Positions 1-11,900 of a stretch of 64,000 nt of DNA are shown here, in pieces. The position numbers and the translations under genes are program-made. The notes below the pieces were generated by a model. That model was not told where the DNA came from. It made no database searches and saw only the letters and a list, made by a program, of their open reading frames with translations. The DNA comes from Auanema rhodensis (Eukaryota > Animalia > Nematoda): contig OZ059899.1 in NCBI GenBank assembly GCA_964057225.1, positions 3,534,001 through 3,598,000 on the forward strand, given 5' to 3'. The stretch's first letter is position 1; every line of letters starts with the position of its first letter.

Positions 1-21
1 ACATCTACTTTTTGCTAAATT

Positions 22-56
22 ATTTTGAAATTTTTCGAAAAAATTTTTGTCAAAAT
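22..56. repeat. Imperfect inverted repeat in the monomer: ATTTTGA...TCAAAAT around the perfect 12-bp palindrome TTTTTCGAAAAA (m31-42)
   Basis: m22-28 is the reverse complement of m50-56; m31-42 is self-complementary. Confidence 0.85.
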
Positions 57-69
57 GTTTTTGGAAGCA

Positions 70-97
70 ATGTTGAGTGTACATGGAAACTCAACAT
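70..97. repeat. Perfect 9-bp inverted repeat ATGTTGAGT-N10-ACTCAACAT in every monomer
   Basis: m70-78 is the exact reverse complement of m89-97. Confidence 0.92.
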
Positions 98-180
98 ACA
101 CTAATGCATCATTTTTCAAACGATCATAACTAATTTGTGTATTAAGCGTTTCTCAATGTAGTATAGTGCATTCGATGCGG

Positions 181-231
181 ATTTTCAAGCTGCGTCGATC
201 TGTGTTATCAGATTTGCGCTAGCTTAAAAAT
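181..231. repeat. 51-bp quasi-palindrome (potential long hairpin/cruciform) in the monomer
   Basis: ATTTTTAAGCT (m181-191, haplotype B) pairs with AGCTTAAAAAT (m221-231). GCG (m192-194) pairs with CGC (m217-219), and ATCTG (m198-202) with CAGAT (m209-213), leaving a 6-nt loop. Haplotype A has one C:A mismatch at m186/m226. Confidence 0.88.
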
Positions 232-239
232 GCACCGAG

Positions 240-253
240 ATATCAACTGATAT
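240..253. repeat. Quasi-palindrome ATATCA-AC-TGATAT in the monomer
   Basis: 6-bp arms with a 2-nt centre. Confidence 0.85.
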
Positions 254-1755
254 AAGTTCACACATATATACCCGATTTTCACCCTGAAGAATTAATTTTT
301 TCGTTGAATAACATTGTCCATCGTCTTTGCCTTGAAAAAAGGAATCTAAAAACATCTACTTTTTGCTAAATTATTTTGAAATTTTTCGAAAAAATTTTTG
401 TCAAAATGTTTTTGGAAGCAATGTTGAGTGTACATGGAAACTCAACATACACTAATGCATCATTTTTCAAACGATCATAACTAATTTGTGTATTAAGCGT
501 TTCTCAATGTAGTATAGTGCATTCGATGCGGATTTTCAAGCTGCGTCGATCTGTGTTATCAGATTTGCGCTAGCTTAAAAATGCACCGAGATATCAACTG
601 ATATAAGTTCACACATATATACCCGATTTTCACCCTGAAGAATTAATTTTTTCGTTGAATAACATTGTCCATCGTCTTTGCCTTGAAAAAAGGAATCTAA
701 AAACATCTACTTTTTGCTAAATTATTTTGAAATTTTTCGAAAAAATTTTTGTCAAAATGTTTTTGGAAGCAATGTTGAGTGTACATGGAAACTCAACATA
801 CACTAATGCATCATTTTTCAAACGATCATAACTAATTTTTGTATTAAGCGTTTCTCAATGTAGTATAGTGCATTCGATGCGGATTTTCAAGCTGCGTCGA
901 TCTGTGTTATCAGATTTGCGCTAGCTTAAAAATGCACCGAGATATCAACTGATATAAGTTCACACTTATATCCTCGATTTTCACCCTGAAGAATTATTTT
1001 TTTCGTTGAATAACATTGTCCATCGTCTTTGCCTTGAAAAATGGAATCTTAAAACATCTACTTTTTGCTAAATTATTTTGAAATTTTTCGAAAAAATTTT
1101 TGTCAAAATGTTTTTGGAAGCAATGTTGAGTGTACATGGAAACTCAACATACACTAATGCATCATTTTTCAAACGATCATAACTAATTTTTGTATCAAGT
1201 GTTTCTCAATGTAGTATAGTGCATTCGATGCGGATTTTTAAGCTGCGTCGATCTGTGTTATCAGATTTGCGCTAGCTTAAAAAAGCACCGAGATATCAAC
1301 TGATATAAGTTCACACTTATATCCTCGATTTTCACCCTGAAGAATTATTTTTTTCGTTGAATAACATTGTCCATCGTCTTTGCCTTGAAAAATGGAATCT
1401 TAAAACATCTACTTTTTGCTAAATTATTTTGAAATTTTTCGAAAAAATTTTTGTCAAAATGTTTTTGGAAGCAATGTTGAGTGTACATGGAAACTCAACA
1501 TACACTAATGCATCATTTTTCAAACGATCATAACTAATTTTTGTATCAAGTGTTTCTCAATGTAGTATAGTGCATTCGATGCGGATTTTTAAGCTGCGTC
1601 GATCTGTGTTATCAGATTTGCGCTAGCTTAAAAAAGCACCGAGATATCAACTGATATAAGTTCACACTTATATCCTCGATTTTCACCCTGAAGAATTAAT
1701 TTTTTCGTTGAATAACATTGTCCATCGTCTTTGCTTTGAAAAATGGAATCTAAAA

Positions 1756-4700
1756 ACATCTACTTTTTGCTAAATTATTTTGAAATTTTTCGAAAAAATT
1801 TTTGTCAAAATGTTTTTGGAAGCAATGTTGAGTGTACATGGAAACTCAACATACACTAATGCATCATTTTTCAAACGCTCATAACTAATTTTTGTATCAA
1901 GTGTTTCTCAATGTAGTATAGTGCATTCGATGCGGATTTTTAAGCTTCGTCGATCTGTGTTATCAGATTTGCGCTAGCTTAAAAATGCACCGAGATATCA
2001 ACTGATATAAGTTCACACTTATATCCTCGATTTTCACCCTGAAGAATTAATTTTTTCGTTGAATAACATTGTCCATCGTCTTTGCCTGGAAAAATGGAAT
2101 CTAAAAACATCTACTTTTTGCTAAATTATTTTGAAATTTTTCGAAAAAATTTTTGTCAAAATGTTTTTGGAAGCAATGTTGAGTGTACATGGAAACTCAA
2201 CATACACTAATGCATCATTTTTCAAACGCTCATAACTAATTTTTGTATCAAGTGTTTCTCAATGTAGTATAGTGCATTCGATGCGGATTTTTAAGCTGCG
2301 TCGATCTGTGTTATCAGATTTGCGCTAGCTTAAAAATGCACCGAGATATCAACTGATATAAGTTCACACTTATATCCTCGATTTTCACCCTGATGAATTA
2401 ATTTTTTCGTTGAATAACATTGTCCATCGTCTTTGCCTGGAAAAATGGAATCTAAAAACATCTACTTTTTGCTAAATTATTTTGAAATTTTTCGAAAAAA
2501 TTTTTGTCAAAATGTTTTTGGAAGCAATGTTGAGTGTACATGGAAACTCAACATACACTAATGCATCATTTTTCAAACGCTCATAACTAATTTTTGTATC
2601 AAGTGTTTCTCAATGTAGTATAGTGCATTCGATGCGGATTTTTAAGCTGCGTCGATCTGTGTTATCAGATTTGCGCTAGCTTAAAAATGCACCGAGATAT
2701 CAACTGATATAAGTTCACACTTATATCCTCGATTTTCACCCTGAAGAATTAATTTTTTCGTTGAATAACATTGTCCATCGTCTTTGCTTTGAAAAATGGA
2801 ATCTAAAAACATCTACTTTTTGCTAAATTATTTTGAAATTTTTCGAAAAAATTTTTGTCAAAATGTTTTTGGAAGCAATGTTGAGTGTACATGGAAACTC
2901 AACATACACTAATGCATCATTTTTCAAACGCTCATAACTAATTTTTGTATCAAGTGTTTCTCAATGTAGTATAGTGCATTCGATGCGGATTTTTAAGCAT
3001 CGTCGATCTGTGTTATCAGATTTGCGCTAGCTTAAAAATGCACCGAGATATCAACTGATATAAGTTCACACTTATATCCTCGATTTTCACCCTGAAGAAT
3101 TAATTTTTTCGTTGAATAACATTGTCCATCGTCTTTGCTTTGAAAAATGGAATCTAAAAACATCTACTTTTTGCTAAATTATTTTGAAATTTTTCGAAAA
3201 AATTTTTGTCAAAATGTTTTTGGAAGCAATGTTGAGTGTACATGGAAACTCAACATACACTAATGCATCATTTTTCAAACGATCATAACTAATTTTTGTA
3301 TTAAGCGTTTCTCAATGTAGTATAGTGCATTCGATGCGGATTTTTAAGCTTCGTCGATCTGTGTTATCAGATTTGCGCTAGCTTAAAAATGCACCGAGAT
3401 ATCAACTGATATAAGTTCACACTTATATCCTCGATTTTCACCCTGAAGAATTAATTTTTTCGTTGAATAACATTGTCCATCGTCTTTGCTTTGAAAAATG
3501 GAATCTAAAAACATCTACTTTTTGCTAAATTATCTTGAAATTTTTCGAAAAAATTTTTGTCAAAATGTTTTTGGAAGCAATGTTGAGTGTACATGGAAAC
3601 TCAACATACACTACTGCATCATTTTTCAAACGCTCATAACTAATTTTTGTATCAAGTGTTTCTCAATGTAGTATAGTGCATTCGATGCGGATTTTTAAGC
3701 TGCGTCGATCTGTGTTATCAGATTTGCGCTAGCTTAAAAATGCACCGAGATATCAACTGATATAAGTTCACACTTATATCCTCGATTTTCACCCTGAAGA
3801 ATTAATTTTTTCGTTGAATAACATTGTCCATCGTTTTTGCCTGGAAAAATGGAATCTAAAAACATCTACTTTTTGCTAAATTATTTTGAAATTTTTCGAA
3901 AAAATTTTTGTCAAAATGTTTTTGGAAGCAATGTTGAGTGTACATGGAAACTCAACATACACTAATGCATCATTTTTCAAACGCTCATAACTAATTTTTG
4001 TATCAAGTGTTTCTCAATGTAGTATAGTGCATTCGATGCGGATTTTTAAGCTTCGTCGATCTGTGTTATCAGATTTGCGCTAGCTTAAAAATGCACCGAG
4101 ATATCAACTGATATAAGTTCACACTTATATCCTCGATTTTCACCCTGAAGAATTAATTTTTTCGTTGAATAACATTGTCCATCGTCTTTGCCTGGAAAAA
4201 TGGAATCTAAAAACATCTACTTTTTGCTAAATTATTTTGAAATTTTTCGAAAAAATTTTTGTCAAAATGTTTTTGGAAGCAATGTTGAGTGTACATGGAA
4301 ACTCAACATACACTAATGCATCATTTTTCAAACGCTCATAACTAATTTTTGTATCAAGTGTTTCTCAATGTAGTATAGTGCATTCGATGCGGATTTTTAA
4401 GCTGCGTCGATCTGTGTTATCAGATTTGCGCTAGCTTAAAAATGCACCGAGATATCAACTGATATAAGTTCACACTTATATCCTCGATTTTCACCCTGAT
4501 GAATTAATTTTTTCGTTGAATAACATTGTCCATCGTCTTTGCCTGGAAAAATGGAATCTAAAAACATCTACTTTTTGCTAAATTATTTTGAAATTTTTCG
4601 AAAAAATTTTTGTCAAAATGTTTTTGGAAGCAATGTTGAGTGTACATGGAAACTCAACATACACTAATGCATCATTTTTCAAACGCTCATAACTAATTTT

Positions 4701-5967
4701 TGTATCAAGTGTTTCTCAATGTAGTATAGTGCATTCGATGCGGATTTTTAAGCTGCGTCGATCTGTGTTATCAGATTTGCGCTAGCTTAAAAATGCACCG
4801 AGATATCAACTGATATAAGTTCACACTTATATCCTCGATTTTCACCCTGAAGAATTAATTTTTTCGTTGAATAACATTGTCCATCGTCTTTGCTTTGAAA
4901 AATGGAATCTAAAAACATCTACTTTTTGCTAAATTATTTTGAAATTTTTCGAAAAAATTTTTGTCAAAATGTTTTTGGAAGCAATGTTGAGTGTACATGG
5001 AAACTCAACATACACTAATGCATCATTTTTCAAACGCTCATAACTAATTTTTGTATAAAGTGTTTCTCAATGTAGTATAGTGCATTCGATGCGGATTTTT
5101 AAGCATCGTCGATCTGTGTTATCAGATTTGCGCTAGCTTAAAAATGCACCGAGATATCAACTGATATAAGTTCACACTTATATCCTCGATTTTCACCCTG
5201 AAGAATTAATTTTTTCGTTGAATAACATTGTCCATCGTCTTTGCTTTGAAAAATGGAATCTAAAAACATCTACTTTTTGCTAAATTATTTTGAAATTTTT
5301 CGAAAAAATTTTTGTCAAAATGTTTTTGGAAGCAATGTTGAGTGTACATGGAAACTCAACATACACTAATGCATCATTTTTCAAACGATCATAACTAATT
5401 TTTGTATTAAGCGTTTCTCAATGTAGTATAGTGCATTCGATGCGGATTTTTAAGCTTCGTCGATCTGTGTTATCAGATTTGCGCTAGCTTAAAAATGCAC
5501 CGAGATATCAACTGATATAAGTTCACACTTATATCCTCGATTTTCACCCTGAAGAATTAATTTTTTCGTTGAATAACATTGTCCATCGTCTTTGCTTTGA
5601 AAAATGGAATCTAAAAACATCTACTTTTTGCTAAATTATCTTGAAATTTTTCGAAAAAATTTTTGTCAAAATGTTTTTGGAAGCAATGTTGAGTGTACAT
5701 GGAAACTCAACATACACTAATGCATCATTTTTCAAACGCTCATAACTAATTTTTGTATCAAGTGTTTCTCAATGTAGTATAGTGCATTCGATGCGGATTT
5801 TTAAGCTGCGTCGATCTGTGTTATCAGATTTGCGCTAGCTTAAAAATGCACCGAGATATCAACTGATATAAGTTCACACTTATATCCTCGATTTTCACCC
5901 TGAAGAATTAATTTTTTCGTTGAATAACATTGTCCATCGTTTTTGCCTGGAAAAATGAAATCTAAAA
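1756..5967 (+). repeat. Local higher-order repeat: two copies of a 6-monomer (2106-bp) unit
   Basis: Rare variants recur at +2106: CTGATGAA 2394/4500, AAGCATCG 2999/5105, TTATCTTG 3534/5640. Confidence 0.93.
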
Positions 5968-8900
5968 ACATCTACTTTTTGCTAAATTATTTTGAAATTT
6001 TTCGAAAAAATTTTTGTCAAAATGTTTTTGGAAGCAATGTTGAGTGTACATGGAAACTCAACATACACTAATGCATCATTTTTCAAACGCTCATAACTAA
6101 TTTTTGTATTAAGCGTTTCTCAATGTAGTATAGTGCATTCGATGCGGATTTTCAAGCTGCGTCGATCTGTGTTATCAGATTTGCGCTAGCTTAAAAATGC
6201 ACCGAGATATCAACTGATATAAGTTCACACATATATACCCGATTTTCACCCTGAAGAATTAATTTTTTCGTTGAATAACATTGTCCATCGTCTTTGCCTT
6301 GAAAAAAGGAATCTAAAAACATCTACTTTTTGCTAAATTATTTTGAAATTTTTCGAAAAAATTTTTGTCAAAATGTTTTTGGAAGCAATGTTGAGTGTAC
6401 ATGGAAACTCAACATACACTAATGCATCATTTTTCAAACGATCATAACTAATTTGTGTATTAAGCGTTTCTCAATGTAGTATAGTGCATTCGATGCGGAT
6501 TTTCAAGCTGCGTCGATCTGTGTTATCAGATTTGCGCTAGCTTAAAAATGCACCGAGATATCAACTGATATAAGTTCACACATATATACCCGATTTTCAC
6601 CCTGAAGAATTAATTTTTTCGTTGAATAACATTGTCCATCGTCTTTGCCTTGAAAAAAGGAATCTAAAAACATCTACTTTTTGCTAAATTATTTTGAAAT
6701 TTTTCGAAAAAATTTTTGTCAAAATGTTTTTGGAAGCAATGTTGAGTGTACATGGAAACTCAACATACACTAATGCATCATTTTTCAAACGATCATAACT
6801 AATTTTTGTATTAAGCGTTTTTCAATGTAGTATGGTGCATTCGATGCGGATTTTTAAGCTGCGTCGATCTGTGTTATCAGATTTGCGCTAGCTTAAAAAT
6901 GCACCGAGATATCAACTGATATAAGTTCACACTTATATCCTCGATTTTCACCCTGAAGAATTATTTTTTTCGTTGAATAACATTGTCCATCGTCTTTGCC
7001 TTGAAAAATGGAATCTTAAAACATCTACTTTTTGCTAAATTATTTTGAAATTTTTCGAAAAAAGTTTTGTCAAAATGTTTTTGGAAGCAATGTTGAGTGT
7101 ACATGGAAACTCAACATACACTAATGCATCATTTTTCAAACGATCATAACTAATTTTTGTATCAAGTGTTTCTCAATGTAGTATAGTGCATTCGATGCGG
7201 ATTTTTAAGCTGCGTCGATCTGTGTTATCAGATTTGCGCTAGCTTAAAAATGCACCGAGATATCAACTGATATAAGTTCACACTTATATCCTCGATTTTC
7301 ACCCTGAAGAATTAATTTTTTCGTTGAAAAACATTGTCCATCGTCTTTGCCTTGAAAAATGGAATCTTAAAACATCTACTTTTTGCTAAATTATTTTGAA
7401 ATTTTTCGAAAAAATTTTTGTCAAAATGTTTTTGGAAGCAATGTTGAGTGTACATGGAAACTCAACATACACTAATGCATCATTTTTCAAACGATCATAA
7501 CTAATTTTTGTATCAAGTGTTTCTCAATGTAGTATAGTGCATTCGATGCGGATTTTTAAGCTGCGTCGATCTGTGTTATCAGATTTGCGCTAGCTTAAAA
7601 AAGCACCGAGATATCAACTGATATAAGTTCACACTTATATCCTCGATTTTCACCCTGAAGAATTAATTTTTTCGTTGAATAACATTGTCCATCGTCTTTG
7701 CCTTGAAAAATGGAATCTAAAAACATCTACTTTTTGCTAAATTATTTTGAAATTTTTCGAAAAAATTTTTGTCAAAATGTTTTTGGAAGCAATGTTGAGT
7801 GTACATGGAAACTCAACATACACTAATGCATCATTTTTCAAACGATCATAACTAATTTTTGTATCAAGTGTTTCTCAATGTAGTATAGTGCATTCGATGC
7901 GGATTTTTAAGCTGCGTCGATCTGTGTTATCAGATTTGCGCTAGCTTAAAAATGCACCGAGATATCAACTGATATAAGTTCACACTTATATCCTCGATTT
8001 TCACCCTGAAGAATTAATTTTTTCGTTGAATAACATTGTCCATCGTCTTTGCCTGGAAAAATGGAATCTAAAAACATCTACTTTTTGCTAAATTATTCTG
8101 AAATTTTTCGAAAAAATTTTTGTCAAAATGTTTTTGGAAGCAATGTTGAGTGTACATGGAAACTCAACATACACTAATGCATCATTTTTCAAACGCTCAT
8201 AACTAATTTTTGTATCAAGTGTTTCTCAATGTAGTATAGTGCATTCGATGCGGATTTTTAAGCTGCGTCGATCTGTGTTATCAGATTTGCGCTAGCTTAA
8301 AAATGCACCGAGATATCAACTGATATAAGTTCACACTTATATCCTCGATTTTCACCCTGAAGAATTAATTTTTTCGTTGAATAACATTGTCCATCGTCTT
8401 TGCCTGGAAAAATGGAATCTAAAAACATCTACTTTTTGCTAAATTATTTTGAAATTTTTCGAAAAAATTTTTGTCAAAATGTTTTTGGAAGCAATGTTGA
8501 GTGTACATGGAAACTCAACATACACTAATGCATCATTTTTCAAACGCTCATAACTAATTTTTGTATCAAGTGTTTCTCAATGTAGTATAGTGCATTCGAT
8601 GCGGATTTTTAAGCTGCGTCGATCTGTGTTATCAGATTTGCGCTAGCTTAAAAATGCACCGAGATATCAACTGATATAAGTTCACACTTATATCCTCGAT
8701 TTTCACCCTGAAGAATTAATTTTTTCGTTGAATAACATTGTCCATCGTCTTTGCCTGGAAAAATGGAATCTAAAAACATCTACTTTTTGCTAAATTATTT
8801 TGAAATTTTTCGAAAAAATTTTTGTCAAAATGTTTTTGGAAGCAATGTTGAGTGTACATGGAAACTCAACATACACTAATGCATCATTTTTCAAACGCTC

Positions 8901-11900
8901 ATAACTAATTTTTGTATCAAGTGTTTCTCAATGTAGTATAGTGCATTCGATGCGGATTTTTAAGCTGCGTCGATCTGTGTTATCAGATTTGCGCTAGCTT
9001 AAAAATGCACCGAGATATCAACTGATATAAGTTCACACTTATATCCTCGATTTTCACCCTGATGAATTAATTTTTTCGTTGAATAACATTGTCCATCGTC
9101 TTTGCCTGGAAAAATGGAATCTAAAAACATCTACTTTTTGCTAAATTATTTTGAAATTTTTCGAAAAAATTTTTGTCAAAATGTTTTTGGAAGCAATGTT
9201 GAGTGTACATGGAAACTCAACATACACTAATGCATCATTTTTCAAACGCTCATAACTAATTTTTGTATTAAGCGTTTCTCAATGTAGTATAGTGCATTCG
9301 ATGTGGATTTTCAAGCTGCGTCGATCTGTGTTATCAGATTTGCGCTAGCTTAAAAATGCACCGAGATATCAACTGATATAAGTTCACACATATATACCCG
9401 ATTTTCACCCTGAAGAATTAATTTTTTCGTTGAATAACATTGTCCATCGTCTTTGCCTTGAAAAAAGGAATCTAAAAACATCTACTTTTTGCTAAATTAT
9501 TTTGAAATTTTTCGAAAAAATTTTTGTCAAAATGTTTTTGGAAGCAATGTTGAGTGTACATGGAAACTCAACATACACTAATGCATCATTTTTCAAACGA
9601 TCATAACTAATTTTTGTATTAAGCGTTTCTCAATGTAGTATAGTGCATTCGATGCGGATTTTCAAGCTGCGTCGATCTGTGTTATCAGATTTGCGCTAGC
9701 TTAAAAATGCACCGAGATATCAACTGATATAAGTTCACACATATATACCCGATTTTCACCCTGAAGAATTAATTTTTTCGTTGAATAACATTGTCCATCG
9801 TCTTTGTCTTGAAAAAAGGAATCTAAAAACATCTACTTTTTGCTAAATTATTTTGAAATTTTTCGAAAAAATTTTTGTCAAAATGTTTTTGGAAGCAATG
9901 TTGAGTGTACATGGAAACTCAACATACACTAATGCATCATTTTTCAAACGACCATAACTAATTTGTGTATTAAGCGTTTCTCAATGTAGTATAGTGCATT
10001 CGATGCGGATTTTCAAGCTGCGTCGATCTGTGTTATCAGATTTGCGCTAGCTTAAAAATGCACCGAGATATCAACTGATATAAGTTCACACATATATACC
10101 CGATTTTCACCCTGAAGAATTAATTTTTTCGTTGAATAACATTGTCCATCGTCTTTGCCTTGAAAAAAGGAATCTAAAAACATCTACTTTTTGCTAAATT
10201 ATTTTGAAATTTTTCGAAAAAATTTTTGTCAAAATGTTTTTGGAAGCAATGTTGAGTGTACATGGAAACTCAACATACACTAATGCATCATTTTTCAAAC
10301 GATCATAACTAATTTTTGTATCAAGTGTTTCTCAATGTAGTATAGTGCATTCGATGCGGATTTTTAAGCTGCGTCGATCTGTGTTATCAGATTTGCGCTA
10401 GCTTAAAAATGCACCGAGATATCAACTGATATAAGTTCACACTTATATCCTCGATTTTCACCCTGAAGAATTAATTTTTTCGTTGAATAACATTGTCCAT
10501 CGTCTTTGCCTGGAAAAATGGAATCTAAAAACATCTACTTTTTGCTAAATTATTTTGAAATTTTTCGAAAAAATTTTTGTCAAAATGTTTTTGGAAGCAA
10601 TGTTGAGTGTACATGGAAACTCAACATACACTAATGCATCATTTTTCAAACGCTCATAACTAATTTTTGTATCAAGTGTTTCTCAATGTAGTATAGTGCA
10701 TTCGATGCGGATTTTTAAGCTTCGTCGATCTGTGTTATCAGATTTGCGCTAGCTTAAAAATGCACCGAGATATCAACTGATATAAGTTCACACTTATATC
10801 CTCGATTTTCACCCTGAAGAATTAATTTTTTCGTTGAATAACATTGTCCATCGTCTTTGCCTGGAAAAATGGAATCTAAAAACATCTACTTTTTGCTAAA
10901 TTATTTTGAAATTTTTCGAAAAAATTTTTGTCAAAATGTTTTTGGAAGCAATGTTGAGTGTACATGGAAACTCAACATACACTAATGCATCATTTTTCAA
11001 ACGCTCATAACTAATTTTTGTATCAAGTGTTTCTCAATGTAGTATAGTGCATTCGATGCGGATTTTTAAGCTGCGTCGATCTGTGTTATCAGATTTGCGC
11101 TAGCTTAAAAATGCACCGAGATATCAACTGATATAAGTTCACACTTATATCCTCGATTTTCACCCTGAAGAATTAATTTTTTCGTTGAATAACATTGTCC
11201 ATCGTCTTTGCCTGGAAAAATGGAATCTAAAAACATCTACTTTTTGCTAAATTATTTTGAAATTTTTCGAAAAAATTTTTGTCAAAATGTTTTTGGAAGC
11301 AATGTTGAGTGTACATGGAAACTCAACATACACTAATGCATCATTTTTCAAACGATCATAACTAATTTTTGTATCAAGTGTTTCTCAATGTAGTATAGTG
11401 CATTCGATGCGGATTTTTAAGCTTCGTCGATCTGTGTTATCAGATTTGCGCTAGCTTAAAAATGCACCGAGATATCAACTGATATAAGTTCACACTTATA
11501 TCCTCGATTTTCACCCTGAAGAATTAATTTTTTCGTTGAATAACATTGTCCATCGTCTTTGTCTTGAAAAAAGGAATCTAAAAACATCTACTTTTTGCTA
11601 AATTATTTCGAAATTTTTCGAAAAAATTTTTGTCAAAATGTTTTTGGAAGCAATGTTGAGTGTACATGGAAACTCAACATACACTAATGCATCATTTTTC
11701 AAACGATCATAACTAATTTTTGTATCAAGTGTTTCTCAATGTAGTATAGTGCATTCGATGCGGATTTTTAAGCTGCGTCGATCTGTGTTATCAGATTTGC
11801 GCTAGCTTAAAAATGCACCGAGATATCAACTGATATAAGTTCACACATATATACCCGATTTTCACCCTGAAGAATTAATTTTTTCGTTGAATAACATTGT

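Larger units (their letters stand above)
1..351 (+). repeat. Reference monomer, haplotype A (m143/147 ATTAAGCG, m186 C, m264-272 CACATATATACCCG, m331-342 CTTGAAAAAAGG)
   Basis: Direct reading; 112 G+C in 351 bp; monomer 2 (352-702) appears identical. Confidence 0.95.

Noticed and set aside
55-129. 24-codon ORF MFLEAMLSVHGNSTYTNASFFKRS overlapping the conserved block, with synonymous variants at m81, m117 and m123
   Set aside because: An ORF this short is expected by chance. Missense (m104, m124) and nonsense (m110) variants also occur, and there is no evidence of expression or homology.
299-315. CENP-B box-like TTTCGTTGAA
   Set aside because: It matches only the 5' part of YTTCGTTGGAARCGGGA and lacks the essential CGGG.
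1-351. 5S rDNA, tRNA, snRNA or spliced-leader tandem gene unit
   Set aside because: I found no recognisable 5S, tRNA cloverleaf, Pol III A/B box or spliced-leader sequence; an Rfam/Infernal search would be the formal test.
1-351. Assignment to known satellites of similar length (Drosophila 1.688/359-bp, Tribolium 360-bp)
   Set aside because: Only length and AT-richness are similar; I could not recognise sequence homology.
1-351. Internal dimer of two subunits of about 175 bp
   Set aside because: No convincing similarity between the halves by eye; only short motifs such as GATTTTCA (m180, m274) recur, at other spacings.
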